From Salpingoeca rosetta (lineage: Eukaryota > Protista > Choanoflagellata), in the NCBI GenBank assembly GCA_033442325.1, contig JAWQFM010000001.1, positions 203,376-267,375 of the forward strand: a stretch of 64,000 nt of DNA. The letters are read 5' to 3'. The notes below the pieces were generated by a model. The model worked only from the letters and a program-made list of their open reading frames with translations. It was not told the origin of the DNA and did not search any database. Made by a program: the position numbers and the translations under genes. Shown piece after piece: positions 1-24,736 of this stretch (the stretch's first letter is position 1; every line of letters begins with the position of its first letter).

Positions 1-582
1 TTTCGCTCCCCCTTAGCCAACCTCCACCATATCCTCTCACAAAACGACTCAGGGGGCCGTAATCTTATAGCTCGATGCGGCATCTGGTAGCTTCTAGCGA
101 TCGACTTGTAGCGAGCTGGGCTAGTCATTTTACCTGACCCGTATTCATGGACTTGAGTACTGCACAGTGTGGCTGTAGTTGTGAGGTACTTTGCTCTCCT
201 ATCACTCAATTCCTACTTCCTTCTATGTATTACTACTACGTCACCCCACCAACCGTACACTCCAACTTTCATACATATCAATAGACGCTGTACGTCTAGT
301 TCTTTCTGTATTATTTTGCCTAGGTAGATATACTTCGGTCATGTTTGATCAAGTCCTATCATGTCTCGCTCGTACCAGTCTTCTTTGCTGTTATATGGCG
401 AGCATCTGTAACCTCCCAGTTACCAATCGTTGGTGAGTTTCTCTGTCGTTAGGATTTGTCTTCACTGTCTGTGCGTTTAACTCAGTTCTTTTATTTTTTG
501 TAGCGTGCGTGTCCAGAGTGTATAGTTTCTGCTAACCTCTGCAAATTTTCTCACGTCAGGTGTGTGTGTGTGGTGTAGTCGT

Positions 583-614
<32 letters not shown>

Positions 615-1033
615 TGTGTGTGGGTGGGTGCATTGTGTATTGCGTATGCGTGTGTGTAATGTGTGTATTGAGTGCGTGTGAGGAACATGTTGTGATGCAA
701 TTGCAATCACCGCCTCACACTTTGCTGTCATTGCCGACTGTTGCCAGCCATTGGACATGCAGTTGCTGCATATGTATTTACCTCTCGCCCTCGCCGCAAT
801 CGAGCAACTGCGCGAACGCGTGAGCATGTTGTTTCTTCGTGTGTGTGCGTGTGTGCGTGTGCGTGTGCGTGTTTGCGTGTGTGTGTGTGTGAATCTGAGA
901 TGCTTGCTGGCGTTACACATGCGGATACTGATGGCAGTGTGCGTGTGTGTGCTGTGCATGTGCATGTGTGTGTGTGCTATGTGTGTGTGTGTGTTTGTGT
1001 GTGTGTCTGTGTGTCTGTGTTTGGCTGCGACAG

Positions 1034-1649
1034 CAACAGCAGGAAACGATGGAGGACATGAGCAGCCCCATCTTCAACGATGAGCTCGCAGACTCCCTGG
1101 AGCCGCTGCTGCTGGGATCGGTGGGTGTCTGCTCGGTTCATTGCGGTCGCAGAGTTGTGTGGCGTGCAGGGTTGCGGGTGTGCCTGTGCAATTGCGAAGC
1201 TGTGCGCGTGCAGGGTTGCGTGCAGCAGGGCACTTGTTTTCCACCACACACCCACATGTACACACACACACACACACATGTACACATGTACACACATACA
1301 CACACACATGCGCGCACACACATGCGCACACACACACACATGCGCGCACACACATGCGCACACACACACGTGCATGCGATAGGCGCCGCAACTGCTGGCG
1401 CGGTTCTTGGCTGCGTGGTGGACGTACGATGCCGGGCACGTGCAGCGGGTGTGCGAGCAGTTGGCGCCCGCGTGGCCACGGGAGGCGGCGCTGGCATTCA
1501 ACTGGGCTTACCAACTCGGCACCCGACAGCAGATATTGCTGCTGCAGCACCAACAACAACAGCAGCAACAGGAGCAACCACAGCAGGGGCAGCAGCAGCA
1601 ACCACCACAATACCAGCAGCCCCCACAATATCAGCAACACCAGCAGTAG
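1034..1649 (+). CDS. Last two exons of an unidentified gene with a Gln-rich C-terminus (5' part not resolved)
   Basis: Exon ~1034-1120 ([26 protein letters not shown], then GT) joins in phase 0 to exon 1383-1649 ([46 protein letters not shown]...polyQ, TAG). No family recognised. Confidence 0.55.
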
Positions 1650-2160
1650 CGGCAATCATAGGAGCTCGAGAGTTGCAGTGACTGATCGTATCCGCGCGGG
1701 ATGACGCGGAGTGCATGGCTGTAATTATTGTTTGTTGGTTGGCCGTTTCGGGGGGGGGGGGGTTTCCCCTCTTTCCATTTGAGTGTAAGCAAGTCGTTTC
1801 AGGCACACCAGCGTTGTTATTGGATCCACGTGCTGCTATTGTTGTTGTTGTTGTTGCTGCTGTTGCTGTGTTACTTTTTTGGCCGTGTTTCGGCTGCCGA
1901 TGGTTGAGGAAGTGGTGGGTGGTGGTCTAATGGACAACACGCGAACGCATGTATACGCGTAGCTCTTGTGTGTGTGTGTGTGGGGTGGGGGTGGTGGTGG
2001 AGGAGCATCGTCATGCCACACACAGCCAAACACACAGCCAAACACACAGACACACAGACACACAGACACACACAGACACACACAGACACACACAGACACA
2101 CACAGACACACACACACACAGACACACACAGACACACACACACTACACACACACACACAC

Positions 2161-2260
2161 NNNNNNNNNNNNNNNNNNNNNNNNNNNNNNNNNNNNNNNN
2201 NNNNNNNNNNNNNNNNNNNNNNNNNNNNNNNNNNNNNNNNNNNNNNNNNNNNNNNNNNNN
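2161..2260. other. Assembly gap (other gaps at 31648-31747, 35927-36026, 45133-45544, 55227-55326)
   Basis: Runs of N, mostly next to microsatellites. Confidence 1.
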
Positions 2261-2300
2261 CACAGACACACACAGACACACACACACACAGACACACACA

Positions 2301-2364
<64 letters not shown>

Positions 2365-3338
2365 TGCACACTTTTTTCCCGGACATGTTATTTTGTGCTG
2401 TCGGCATATTAAAATTTCGTGCCCTGTTGCGGATTCGATGCTGTTTTAACCAGTTCTTCGGTGTCGCGAACGTGATTTCCGTTGTTGACGAAAAGAGAGC
2501 AATCGCAGCAAGAACAACAACGCACACGAACAACGCGCACAAATCCAAACAACCGAACCGCGAACCGCATCAACAACAACAACACCCGCCGCCTGCTAGC
2601 CCTTCCGTTGTGAGCGCGCGCAAGCACCTGCCTTCCTGCTGCTGCTACGACGCCGCCTTCAAGCAAGCCCCTGCTTCTTTTGCTTTGCTGTGTGAGAATC
2701 CCGCTCGTTGCTCGCTGCGCACCAACCAACCAACCAACCAACACCCCGAAGAAGCAACCAAACGATCGACAGAGGAGAGAAGACTGCGCATTCTACACCC
2801 CACATCGTTTGCGTGTAAGCTGTTTGTCGTCGGTTCGGAATAGCTTGTGTGACACTCGCGCCTCGGTGTGCTCGGTGTCTCCTTCCCCTCTGCTGCCCCC
2901 TTCTTCTTCTTCCCCTCTGCTGCCCCCTTCTTCTTCTTCCCCCTTCTTCTTCTTCTTCTTCTTCTTTTTCATCACCGCCACCACCATCGTCTTTGTTTCC
3001 CCGCCCCCTTCTTCTTCTTCTTCTTCTTCTTCTTCGTCGTCCTCCTTATCCTCTTCCTTTTCTCCTCGTATCCCCAACCACCTGTTGTCCTCTTGACTTT
3101 CAGCTTTTCGCGTTGTTGCTTCGCGTTGTGGTGTTGTCTTCCTTCCTTCCCGCTTGTTTGACCAAAAGCCAACACACACACACGCACGCACACGCACGCA
3201 CACACACACACACACACTCTCTCTCTCTCTCTCTTGGCTTTCGCACCTTGAATTGCAACTTGGTGGGTCCTTCGCATGTTCATCAACAAGCAACCATCTT
3301 TGTGACGCCGCCCTCTCCTTCCCCCTCGACCAATTGCC

Positions 3339-3373
<35 letters not shown>

Positions 3374-3710
3374 TCTTCTCTGGTTCATGCTCGACCTTCC
3401 TTCCCATCCTCCTCACATCCTCGTACTGTTCCTCTTTGCCTCGTACCTGCTAGGGAATCATCCTCGCCTTTCCGGCACTACGATCCATACACACACACAC
3501 ACACGCACACACGCACACACACGCACGCACACGCACACACACACTCTTCCGTCATCAACTTCGCCCATCCCGTGGCAGCTGCCTTCATACATCCATTGCA
3601 ACCGCATCTTCCCATCTCCTTCACGTCTCCACATCACCGCGTCACCCCGTTAGCTCTTGTTGGCGATCGCCATCGTGTTTGCCGCTCCGCGCGCCCTGTC
3701 AGCAACCCAG

Positions 3711-4825
3711 ATGCAGCCGCATGCCATGGGTGACACCGTGCAAGCAACCGGCATGACGCCCGAGGAGCTCCACGAGCTCATGTTTCACAACAAGGACGAG
3801 AAAACGCTCATCCTCATCGACACACGCCCGCTCTCCGATTACGTCGTGGGCCATCTTGTCAACGCACACACCGTCAAGCTCTCGAGCATGTTGCTGCGCC
3901 GTCTCGCACAGAACAAGATTGCTCTCAAGGACCTGATCAAGGAGGATGAACGCGAGGCGTTTGTCACCAACTGCAAAGCAGACAACAACCCGGTTGTCGT
4001 CGTGTATGATGCAGCCACCACCACCGCCGATGGCGCGCCCTACGACCAGAAGAACCCGCTTCACGTCATCCTCCGGTCGTTGCAACACGATGGCGTGCCT
4101 TGCTACTTCCTCAAAGGTGGGCATGGTGTCGTATGTATGTATGGATGTATGTATGTATGTATGTATGTGTGGTGTGTGTGTGTGTGCGTACATGGTGTGT
4201 GTGCACGCGTGTGCGTGTGTGTTCATTTTGAGATGCGAAAAAGCCCCTTGCTTGCTGCTCACCACGCCCTCCGTTGCCCCTTCGCACTCACACACACACA
4301 CACTCTCTCTCACACACATACTCACACACATACTCACACTCACACGGATGGCAGGTGGGTTTGAAGCAATGAAGGCGAAATACGATGTGGTTGAGGCCAG
4401 CAAAGGCAACGTGCCTGCCGGCATTGGCTTCTCGCTCCCCGTGCAGCAGCTGCAGTCTGCAGACAAGCAAAAGACTCCGACAACTCCAATTGAACGGCAC
4501 CACCGCGATGCAGAGCCGTGCGAGATTCTGCCCTACATGTATGTTGGTGCGGAGGCGCACGCGGAAAAGGAAGAAATTGTCAGGAAACACGGCATCACAC
4601 ACATCCTCAACCTCACGACCCGCTCGCCAACCCGCCACCCACACATTGAGTACTGCGTCATCGAGATCTTGGTGAGTTTGCCGACATCGCGCGCGCGCGT
4701 GTGCGTGTGTGTGTGTGTTTGCGTGCTTGTATGTTTGCTTGTGTGTGTGTGTCTGTGCGTGTGTCTGTGTGTGTGTGTGTGTGTCTGTGGCCTGTTTCCC
4801 CTTTTGTTCGACTCCGTGTCCGAGC

Positions 4826-4883
<58 letters not shown>

Positions 4884-5518
4884 CCAAGATATCTCACAAC
4901 ACCGCACACACGGTGACGTCATGCTACCCAACCACTTGCCCCATGCAGGATTCTTGGAACCAAAACCTGATTGCGCATTTTGGCGAAGCATTTGAGTTTA
5001 TTGAACGCGCGCGAGAAGCGGGTGGCAAAGTGCTGGTGCACTGCGTCGCAGGCATCTCACGCTCGCCCTCGGTGGCCATTGCATATCTCATGTTCAAAAA
5101 CAAAATGTCACTCTCGGACGCGTACGCGCTCGTCAAGGTGTGTGTGTGTGTGTGTGTGTGCGTGTGTGTGTGTGTGTCTGCGTCTCTGCGCCTCTGTGTG
5201 TCTACTTGTACATGTGCGCCCATGGTTGGATATTGCATCGCAACTGCCTCCGTGCTTCCTCCTTCACCCCTTCCTCCTCCTCCCACCTCTCACCTCCCCC
5301 ACGTGTGTCTTGCCATTGCATATGTGCCCCCCCCCCTCTCACAAACAAACGAGCAGAAGAAGCGACCGTCCATTTCGCCAAACCTGGACTTTATGGCAGA
5401 GCTGCAGCAGTACGAGAAGCAGATTAAGGCTGCAGACCCCTCGTTTGAGGCATCTGGCTGGGGCGTTGGCCTGTTTGGCGAGGAGGACAGGACATCCCCT
5501 TCATCACTCTTGGCGTAG
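3711..5518 (+). CDS. Dual-specificity MAP kinase phosphatase (rhodanese/CH2 domain + DSP catalytic domain), 4 coding exons
   Basis: Exons 3711 (or 3726)-4116, 4355-4671, 4949-5137 and 5357-5518 join in phase. Motifs: LIDTRPLSDYVVGHLVNA, KIM-like MLLRRL, FLKGGF, general-acid region ILDSWNQ, catalytic VHCVAGISRS, AYLM, RPSISPNLDFMAEL. Confidence 0.93.
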
Positions 5519-6678
5519 CACCATCGCAAGCACACGGCTGGTTGCATGACAGCCCATCACGAGGTCCTGTGATGTGACAATGTGACTCGTGTTGGTTTCG
5601 TTCTTCAATTGTTCACGGCGTGTGCTTGTCGCGTGCGTGGGTGGCTGGTGATTGACACGTGGTGCGCAAGGCATATTGCATGAGTGACAGTTTTGTCGCC
5701 ACTATTCCTTGCTTCCTCCTCTCTCGCTCAATCAAACGGATGCAAAGGGGCACATCCCCTTTCCTTGCCCTTTGGAATATGTGCCACTTGTGCATGTGTT
5801 TGAATCGATTTCATAAGGCGACTGCCAATGTGTCCACGCGCACGTGCACGTGCATTACCTTTCTTGCGCGCGTGTACGCCTGCGTTGGGCTTGGTCGTTT
5901 CATGATGTCGTTGTGTGTGGTTATCTACGAAAGTGCATTATCTCAGGAGCACATGCTATTGCTGGTTGCGTTCATTCCTCCGTGGGCTCGTGTGTGGTTG
6001 CGTGTGTGCTGTTGTGCGGCGTGCGTTGTTCTTCACGGATTTCCTCGTTCACCATCATCTTCTGTATCATGATTCTCAATTGCTGCTTGGTGTCTTAGTC
6101 AGAGCCACTCACGTCCCTGCTCTTGGGATGCATGTGCTTGTTCGCGTGTGTGAGTGTGAGTTTTACGTTTTATCTTGAGCTGTGGTTGCTGACCTTTCTA
6201 ATGTGCCTTTACATTAGTAACTGCGCCCGTTTGCGTGCGCATTTGCTTTTGTTTCGTTTCCGTATTCGGTGTCGCCCTCCACCCACCCGTCTTCCCACCT
6301 CATGCACGTGCAATGAACGCGTGCAGTGGGCACATCGCTTCGCTCCAGGGCACAGGCGTGCACGTGTGTTGCGAGGAGACGGGTGCGGTGCTTGTGCATG
6401 TGTGCGTGTGCGTGTACAGAAAGCCAAATTAGATCAACCTTCCCAATAAACGGCGTGACCACAGTTGAACAAGCAAGCAATTGACACGCTGACTCTGCGT
6501 GCGTGCGTGCGTGTGTGTGCGTGTGTGTTCTGCTGCACAACTCACAATCCTGGTCGAAGTCGATGTCATGTGGTGGTGCACAAGGTGATGCGCTAAGCAG
6601 AGTGTGATATGTAACCAGCACTGGCATATGATTGTTTGCGACTATTGCAACTGCTACGTCAAGACCTGCCACCTGACG

Positions 6679-12917
<6,239 letters not shown>

Positions 12918-13250
12918 CCCTTTGTTGCTGTACCTGGTGGCGTGTTGGTGTATGTATGTGCGTGTGTGCATGTGTGTGTGTGTGTTGTGCTGTGCTGTGC
13001 ACGAGAGACGAGAAGCAAATCGCACAACGCACGCCAGGAACACTACCAACACCACCAGCACTGGCGGTCGCACCACGTGTTGCACAGTTACAACAGCAGG
13101 TGACAGGCAGGAAGGACTCGACCCACGACCACATGCACGACAGCACAAAACGTAGCCACATGTGTTGCGTGGCGCTTGCTTGCTTGTGCTTTTTTCCTTC
13201 CTCTTTTGCCCACCATTTCCCCTCTCTTCACCACACACACACAGCTCACG
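12918..13250. promoter_or_regulatory. Probable bidirectional promoter between LYS4 and ALDH6A1
   Basis: Head-to-head start codons about 330 bp apart. Confidence 0.55.
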
Positions 13251-15083
13251 ATGTGGACGGCCACCACGACGACTGCCACGCGGGCGATGGCCCTGCCTCG
13301 CGCCTTGGCCACCCAGACCCGCCTTGCAGTGAGTATGCACATTCGTTTGAGAATGCGAGCCCTCCGCCCTCAGTTATTGATGTTCCCTACTTGTAGGTTT
13401 GTTGTTTTGTTGTTGTTGTGTGTTTCCCACTGTCTCTGCCTTGTGTTGCTGCTGCTGCTGCGGGTTGTCACAACAAACAGAGCCAGCAAGTGCCACTGCA
13501 ACATGCACCCTTTGCTTCATTTTCTCAACGCGCACGTGCTCATTTTTCCCGTCCCCCTATTTCCGCCCGTCAACCTCCCTCGCACGCATTTCTTTCTCTC
13601 CTGCCAGTCGACTACAAAGCTGTTCATCAACGGCGAGTTCCGCGAGTCAACCACTGACAAGTGGCTTCCCGTCCGCAACCCGGTACGCTGCGCCGCCACA
13701 GCCTTGTGTGTTTATTGTGTACTGCCTGTGTGATCGCAACGTGTATGCCTATCTGATCTTGCTCCGCTCACATCCCCATCCTTCGTGTGCACCGTACGTT
13801 GTTGCGATCCCATCCGTTCTTCTGCAAGGCCACAAACGAGATTGTGAGTGAGGTGCCCTGTGCCACGCCCGAGGAGCTCAACGAGGCTGCCGAGTCTGCC
13901 GCCGCGACCTTCAAGACATGGCGCAACAGCTCCGTCATCACCCGCCAGAACGTCATGTTCAAGCTCCAGGGCCTTCTCCGCGACAACATGGTCAGTGTGT
14001 GTGTTGTGTGTGTGTGTGTTCATGTGGTGTGGTGTGTTGTGTTTATGTGGTGTGTTGTGTTGTGTTGTGTTGTGTGTGTGTGTGTGTGTGTGTGTGAGCT
14101 GTGCTTTTTCATTGCCCCGGGTTTTGTGCATCGTGAATTGCATACAGCCTTCACACGCACGGCTCTGCTTTTGCTTTTTCTCACCCCCCCCCCAATTCTC
14201 CCCCACCCTGTGTTTGTCCGACAGTCCGAGCTCGCCAAGCTGATCACGCTCGAGCAGGGCAAGACGCTTGCGGATGCAGAGGGCGATGTGCTGCGTGGCA
14301 TCCAGGTAACAGCTTTGCCCGTGAAACACTTATAATGGGCAACGCCTCGCCATGTTTATCGTCTCTTGAGTCGTATTCCCATCTTTCGTGTCCCAGCCAT
14401 ATTTTTCCTCGCCCCTCGCACACACAATCACACACACACACACAATCACACACACTTACAAACACATACACTTACAAACACACGCACACACACTTACAAT
14501 CACATACACACACACACACACTCACCCACTCGGCTCCCTTCCCTGACTTGCATCGACCCCATCGTGTGGCTGCAGGTTGTTGAGCACGCGTGCGGGATTC
14601 CATCGCTTCTCATGGGCGAGACGGTTGGAAACGTCGCCAAGGACATGGACACATACAGCTACCGCATGCCGCTTGGCGTCACCGCCGGCATCTGCCCGTA
14701 TGTTGTTGGCTGCAAGCTACCATTGCTCTTGTTCCTGTGTAGGCGGGCGTGCCCTGGCGTACGGAGAGCTGGCTTGCGGGGTTGTTGGTTGGCTCGTTTG
14801 GTGTGTGTATTGTATTGTGTGTATTGTGTGCATTCTGTTTCCTGGTCGGTTTGCGTGCGTGTTGGGTTTGTGTGTTGGGTTTGCATGTTGGGCTTGGTGT
14901 GTTTTCGATTCAGCCCCTATCCAGCCCATTCTTCTTCAATATCGCCAATGACGCATGCCTGTGGCACGTTGGGTTTTGGTCAGGTTCAACTTCCCCGCCA
15001 TGATTCCCCTGTGGATGTTCCCTGTCTCCCTCGCCTGCGGCAACACCATGCTCCTCAAGCCCTCCGAGCGCGACCCAGGTCTG

Positions 15084-15124
<41 letters not shown>

Positions 15125-16362
15125 ATGTTTGTACATCGCTCATCTCCGCTCCTCTCATCAATTGCGTGCCGCGGTGTGTGTCCATGTGCAGGTGCTGCGA
15201 TGCTGATTGCAAAGCTTGCCCAGGAGGCCGGCGTCCCCGATGGCGCCCTCAACATGGTCCACGGCAGCGTCGACAGTACGTTCACACATGCACGCACGAG
15301 CACATGCACACACACACACGCACGAGCACATGCACACACACATACACCAGCTCATCATGCATGTATGTGTGTTTGCCTGGTTTGTGTGCTGTGCTCATGT
15401 GTGCACATCATTTCTCACACACGCACGAAATCGAACACGCACACTTCTTTTGCTCCTCCATCAGCTGTGAACTTTCTCTGCGACAACGAGCACATCAAGG
15501 CCATCTCCTTTGTTGGCTCTGACAACGCCGGCATGCACATCTGGAACCGCGGCTCTGGGTGCGACACTAACACACACACACACACACGCACGCACGCACG
15601 CACACACACAAACGCGCGCGCGTTTTCTTGCTGTGACGTACAAGTTTGTGAATGTGCAAATCTGTGATGTACAATTGTGCACACATCTTTCTTCTAATCA
15701 TGCTTCTATTTCCCTCCTTGTCACATGAACCTTTATCTCACAATCTCATCACACACATACACACACATGGGACTCGTTCTGAGCAGCAACGGCAAGCGCG
15801 TGCAGAGCAACATGGGGGCAAAGAACCACGGCGTGATTCTGCCCGACGCCAACAAGACGGCCACGCTCAACGCCCTCGTTGGCGCTGGTGAGCACCCTTG
15901 CTCACCACTTGTTATCACGTGTGATCGTGTACTTTTCTTCATCTGTTTGTCTCTCGTGTGTTTGTTTCATAAGTGCCCATCCCTCCTCCCGTTTCCTTTT
16001 CTGTGTCTCATCACACACCACATGCTGTCTGCTGGCTCACCTTTCCCCCTCCCAACACTCATCCTATCCCAAATGTGTCTGTGTTCTTGTCTTGTGCCGC
16101 AGCGTTTGGGGCCGCCGGGCAGCGGTGCATGGCGCTGTCGACGGTTGTGCTCGTTGGCGAGGCGGCGTCGTGGTCCGAGGACCTCATTGAGCTCGCGCGC
16201 GGCCTCAAGGTTTCCGCAGGTGCGCCCCCACTGCCACTGCTGTCGGTGTGGTTGCGCGTGTGGTTGCGTGCGCGGCTGTGTGTTTATGTACTTGTTCATG
16301 CTTGTCCACACGCATGTGCCCCATGTCACGTACTGACACACACACACACACACACACACACA

Positions 16363-16394
<32 letters not shown>

Positions 16395-17818
16395 TTCACA
16401 CACACACATCCATCCACGGGGGCAGGGGACCAGCCCGGGACGGACGTTGGCCCGATGATCTCGCGAGAGGCGATGCAGCGCGCGTACGACCTGGTTGAGT
16501 CTGGTGTGCAGCAGGGCGCGAAGCTGCTGCTTGATGGCCGCAACATCAAGGTGGACGGCTACCCGGACGGCAACTGGATGGGGCCAACCATCCTGTCGCA
16601 CGTGACAACGGACATGGACTGCTACAAGGAGGAGATCTTTGGGCCCGTGCTGGTGTGCCTTGAGGTTGACACGATTGACGAGGCCATTGAGCTCGTGAAC
16701 AAGAACAGGTGGGGCAACGGGACGGCCGTGTTTACAAACTGCGGCGCCGCTGCCCGCAAGTTCACCTTTGAGATTGAGGCCGGACAGGTGCGTTTGCAGT
16801 TTTTGCGACATGTGTGATGTGTTCTTGTATTGATGAGGTGCGCAAGGTGAGGAGAGAAGAGTGTGTGGTTGTGCGTGTGGTTGTGTGAAGTTGTGGCGGC
16901 CTGTGGTGCAGAAACCGGGTTACTGTCTCCCCCCCCCCACCTTTATCTCTTCCTTCGTCTTGTTTCCTTTGCTTGTGCTGCTTCCTTCCCCTCCTTCCCC
17001 TCCCTTCTCTGCCTCTTGACCCCCATCACCCATTGTGGCGTGGCTGGGTCGCACCTCTTGTGTGCGCCCTGTGCCTTTTGCTTTCACAAGTACGGTGGGG
17101 AACACTATCCTCCACAGTGTGCATACGTGGCTCTTTGTGTTTGCTCGCATGTGGACACACGCGCCACGCACGAGCACAGTCACGGCACATACACACATTT
17201 TCCGTCGTCTTCACTCTTTTCTTTGTTTCCTCTCGTGGTTCTCTCTCTCTCTCTTTTCTTACGCGTTTCTTTTCAGTTCAAGTGACACAAATGCCACGTC
17301 GTACTTATTCTGTCTTGCTCACTCACACTTACGCACACACTCACACACTCACACACGTGTCTGTGTGTTTGCGATCAGGTTGGCGTGAACGTGCCCATCC
17401 CCGTGCCGCTGCCCATGTTCTCCTTCACGGGCAACAAGGCCTCCTTTGTCGGCGACCTCAACTTCTACGGTGCGTGCACGCAATGTAACATTGGCCCTGT
17501 GTTGATGTGTCTGGACACAGTTACACACACACACACACACACACAACACACTACACACACGACACAACACAACACGACACGACACAACACAACACAACAC
17601 ACAAACCCCACCAACCGTTGTGGCGTGGCTGGGCTGCATGTATTGGTTCATGCGTGCCCTGTGCCTCTCGTTTTCCACAAGTACGGTGGGGGAGATGAAG
17701 CATTGATGTTTCAGTGCTGGTGTTTGCGGCTCGATGCGTGGTTGATGCAATCGCAGTGACGATCTCAACCCAGTCGCAGTGCCAACATACATCCACAAAT
17801 TACACACACACACACACA

Positions 17819-17885
<67 letters not shown>

Positions 17886-18130
17886 TCTTTCTTCCCAACA
17901 CACACTGCTGCACCATGCGTGACCAGCATTTCCAACCATCATCCATGCATCCATGCATCCACCCATGCATCCATTCACTCACCCTTGTCTGATGCCATAC
18001 TGTGCTGTGCACGGCGACAGGCAAGGCCGGCGTGCAGTTTTACACGCAGCTGAAGACCATCACGAGCCTGTGGCGCAACAGCGATGCAGATGTGCTCAAG
18101 GCCGCCACCGTCATGCCAACCATGAAGTGA
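13251..18130 (+). CDS. ALDH6A1: Methylmalonate-semialdehyde dehydrogenase (acylating), mitochondrial
   Basis: Exons encode [86 protein letters not shown], catalytic [41 protein letters not shown] and [15 protein letters not shown] at 18128-18130. Confidence 0.95.
17021..17196 (+). ncRNA. Candidate intronic box H/ACA-type RNA, copy 1
   Basis: Hairpin CCCCATC..GGTGGGG, then ANANNA (ACACTA, 17102-17107), a second hairpin GTGTGC..CGTGGCT/AGTCACG..GCACAT, and ACA at 17191-17193. Paralogous to the copy in the next intron. Confidence 0.55.
17606..17790 (+). ncRNA. Candidate intronic box H/ACA-type RNA, copy 2
   Basis: Hairpin CCCCACC..GGTGGGG, then ANANNA (AGATGA, 17693-17698), a second hairpin TGGTG..TGCGGCT/AGTCGCA..TGCCA, and ACA directly after it at 17785-17787. 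Confidence 0.6.
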
Positions 18131-18471
18131 ACACGCACACACGCCCCGGCCCTGCCGTGACGCAACACGTGCATTATTCGCACATGCGCAACCACCCCTT
18201 TACACATGCATTCTTACACAATTTCCCTTACTTCTCTTCTCTTCTTTGTCCATTCGTGCTTATCACCACCACTGCCCATCAGCTCGACCTGTTGGTCTTG
18301 TGTGGTTGTCAGTACACCGCCCCCCCCCCTCCCACACGTCAGTAAAGCGTTCAGCGTTTATTGTTTCGTTGTCAGCAAACAGACACAAGGGTTGACTAGG
18401 CGCATCGTTTCACATCGCAAACATCAAACAAAACAGGGACACAAACAAGCAAGGCAAGGTTGTCGTCATCA

Positions 18472-18524
<53 letters not shown>

Positions 18525-18534
18525 GTGTGTTCAC

Positions 18535-20732
<2,198 letters not shown>

Positions 20733-20941
20733 CCTCGGTGTGTGATTTAATGTGGCAAACAGAGACGTCGTGCCCTGGTACTTGTGGTCGGTGGCAGCAA
20801 ACAAGCAAACGGTCAGTTGCTGTGTGGCTGTGGGGGGGGGGGATGAAGCAAAGTCGCATGAGAGAATGAACCACAACCACAACAACAAACAACAGCAAGC
20901 CAGTCGAACAACAAGTCGGCGAGCCACACACCTCACATCGC

Positions 20942-20994
20942 TTCGCGCGCTCTGTCCGGCTCGTCCTTTGGCGGTTTTTTTTTTTGCGCGCCAA
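20942..20994. promoter_or_regulatory. E2F-like sites in the TYMS/PEX3-like bidirectional promoter
   Basis: TTTGGCGG at 20967-20974 and TTTGCGCGCCAA at 20983-20994, about 240-260 bp upstream of the TYMS ATG. Confidence 0.45.
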
Positions 20995-21129
20995 GAATTC
21001 TGAAAAACAAACAGATACACGACATGACAAAAGATATATACATAAACCACGACACACGACATACAGAGATATACACGGATACAGCCATCGTCTTTTTGCG
21101 GAACAGCAAGCAGCGCCTTGTTCCTCAGC

Positions 21130-24169
<3,040 letters not shown>

Positions 24170-24736
24170 GAAGACAAGAGTCAAGGAGACCTCTCTCTTC
24201 ACACGCATGATTACTCTTGGTCTTCTCTCCCCATCACACACACACGCACACGCACACACACACACACACACACATACACGAACTGCTCCTTGTTCTTCTT
24301 CTTCTTCGCCTTACTCCTCCTGGTATGCCCAGTTTGGTTTGCTTCCGCAAGTCCCCCCTTCCCCCCTTCCCTTCCACTTCTTGCTGTCCTTTTCCGCAGT
24401 CATGTACACACCGTTGATTATAATTGCAGTTACAAACCAGAACCCCGAGGGCAAATCATCCAAAAGAAAGCAGGCAACAACATGGAAGCAAGCAACACCA
24501 CAGTCGCAGGCAACACGGTGCACAAGCCATGACAAACGCAAATGACGCGGTTGAAGAGTTGCGAAAGGTCTCACAAAACACAAACATACAACCCACAAGC
24601 ACAAGCACAAGCACACACACACATACACACACAGACAAACACACAGACAAACACACACACAGAGACAAACACACACACGCACACATACCACATACCACGC
24701 ACGCACACTGTCCCTCTCTTTGTGGTGGCTCATCGC

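Noticed and set aside
1-510. AT-richer, repeat-free sequence unlike the rest (possible transposon or foreign DNA; ORF 191-436)
   Set aside because: No recognisable domain, terminal repeat or RNA motif. It resembles the probably low-quality sequence flanking gaps elsewhere (e.g. 45545-45670).
14710-14780. Hairpin in another ALDH6A1 intron containing GCGTGCCCTG and GTACGG
   Set aside because: The matches to the H/ACA-like pair are too short and there is no H box, second hairpin or ACA. It should be rechecked with a covariance model.
17021-17790. TPP riboswitch, SECIS, U17/snR30 or tRNA identity for the duplicated intronic element
   Set aside because: It lacks the TPP CUGAGA core, the SECIS core, the U17 m1/m2 motifs and a cloverleaf.
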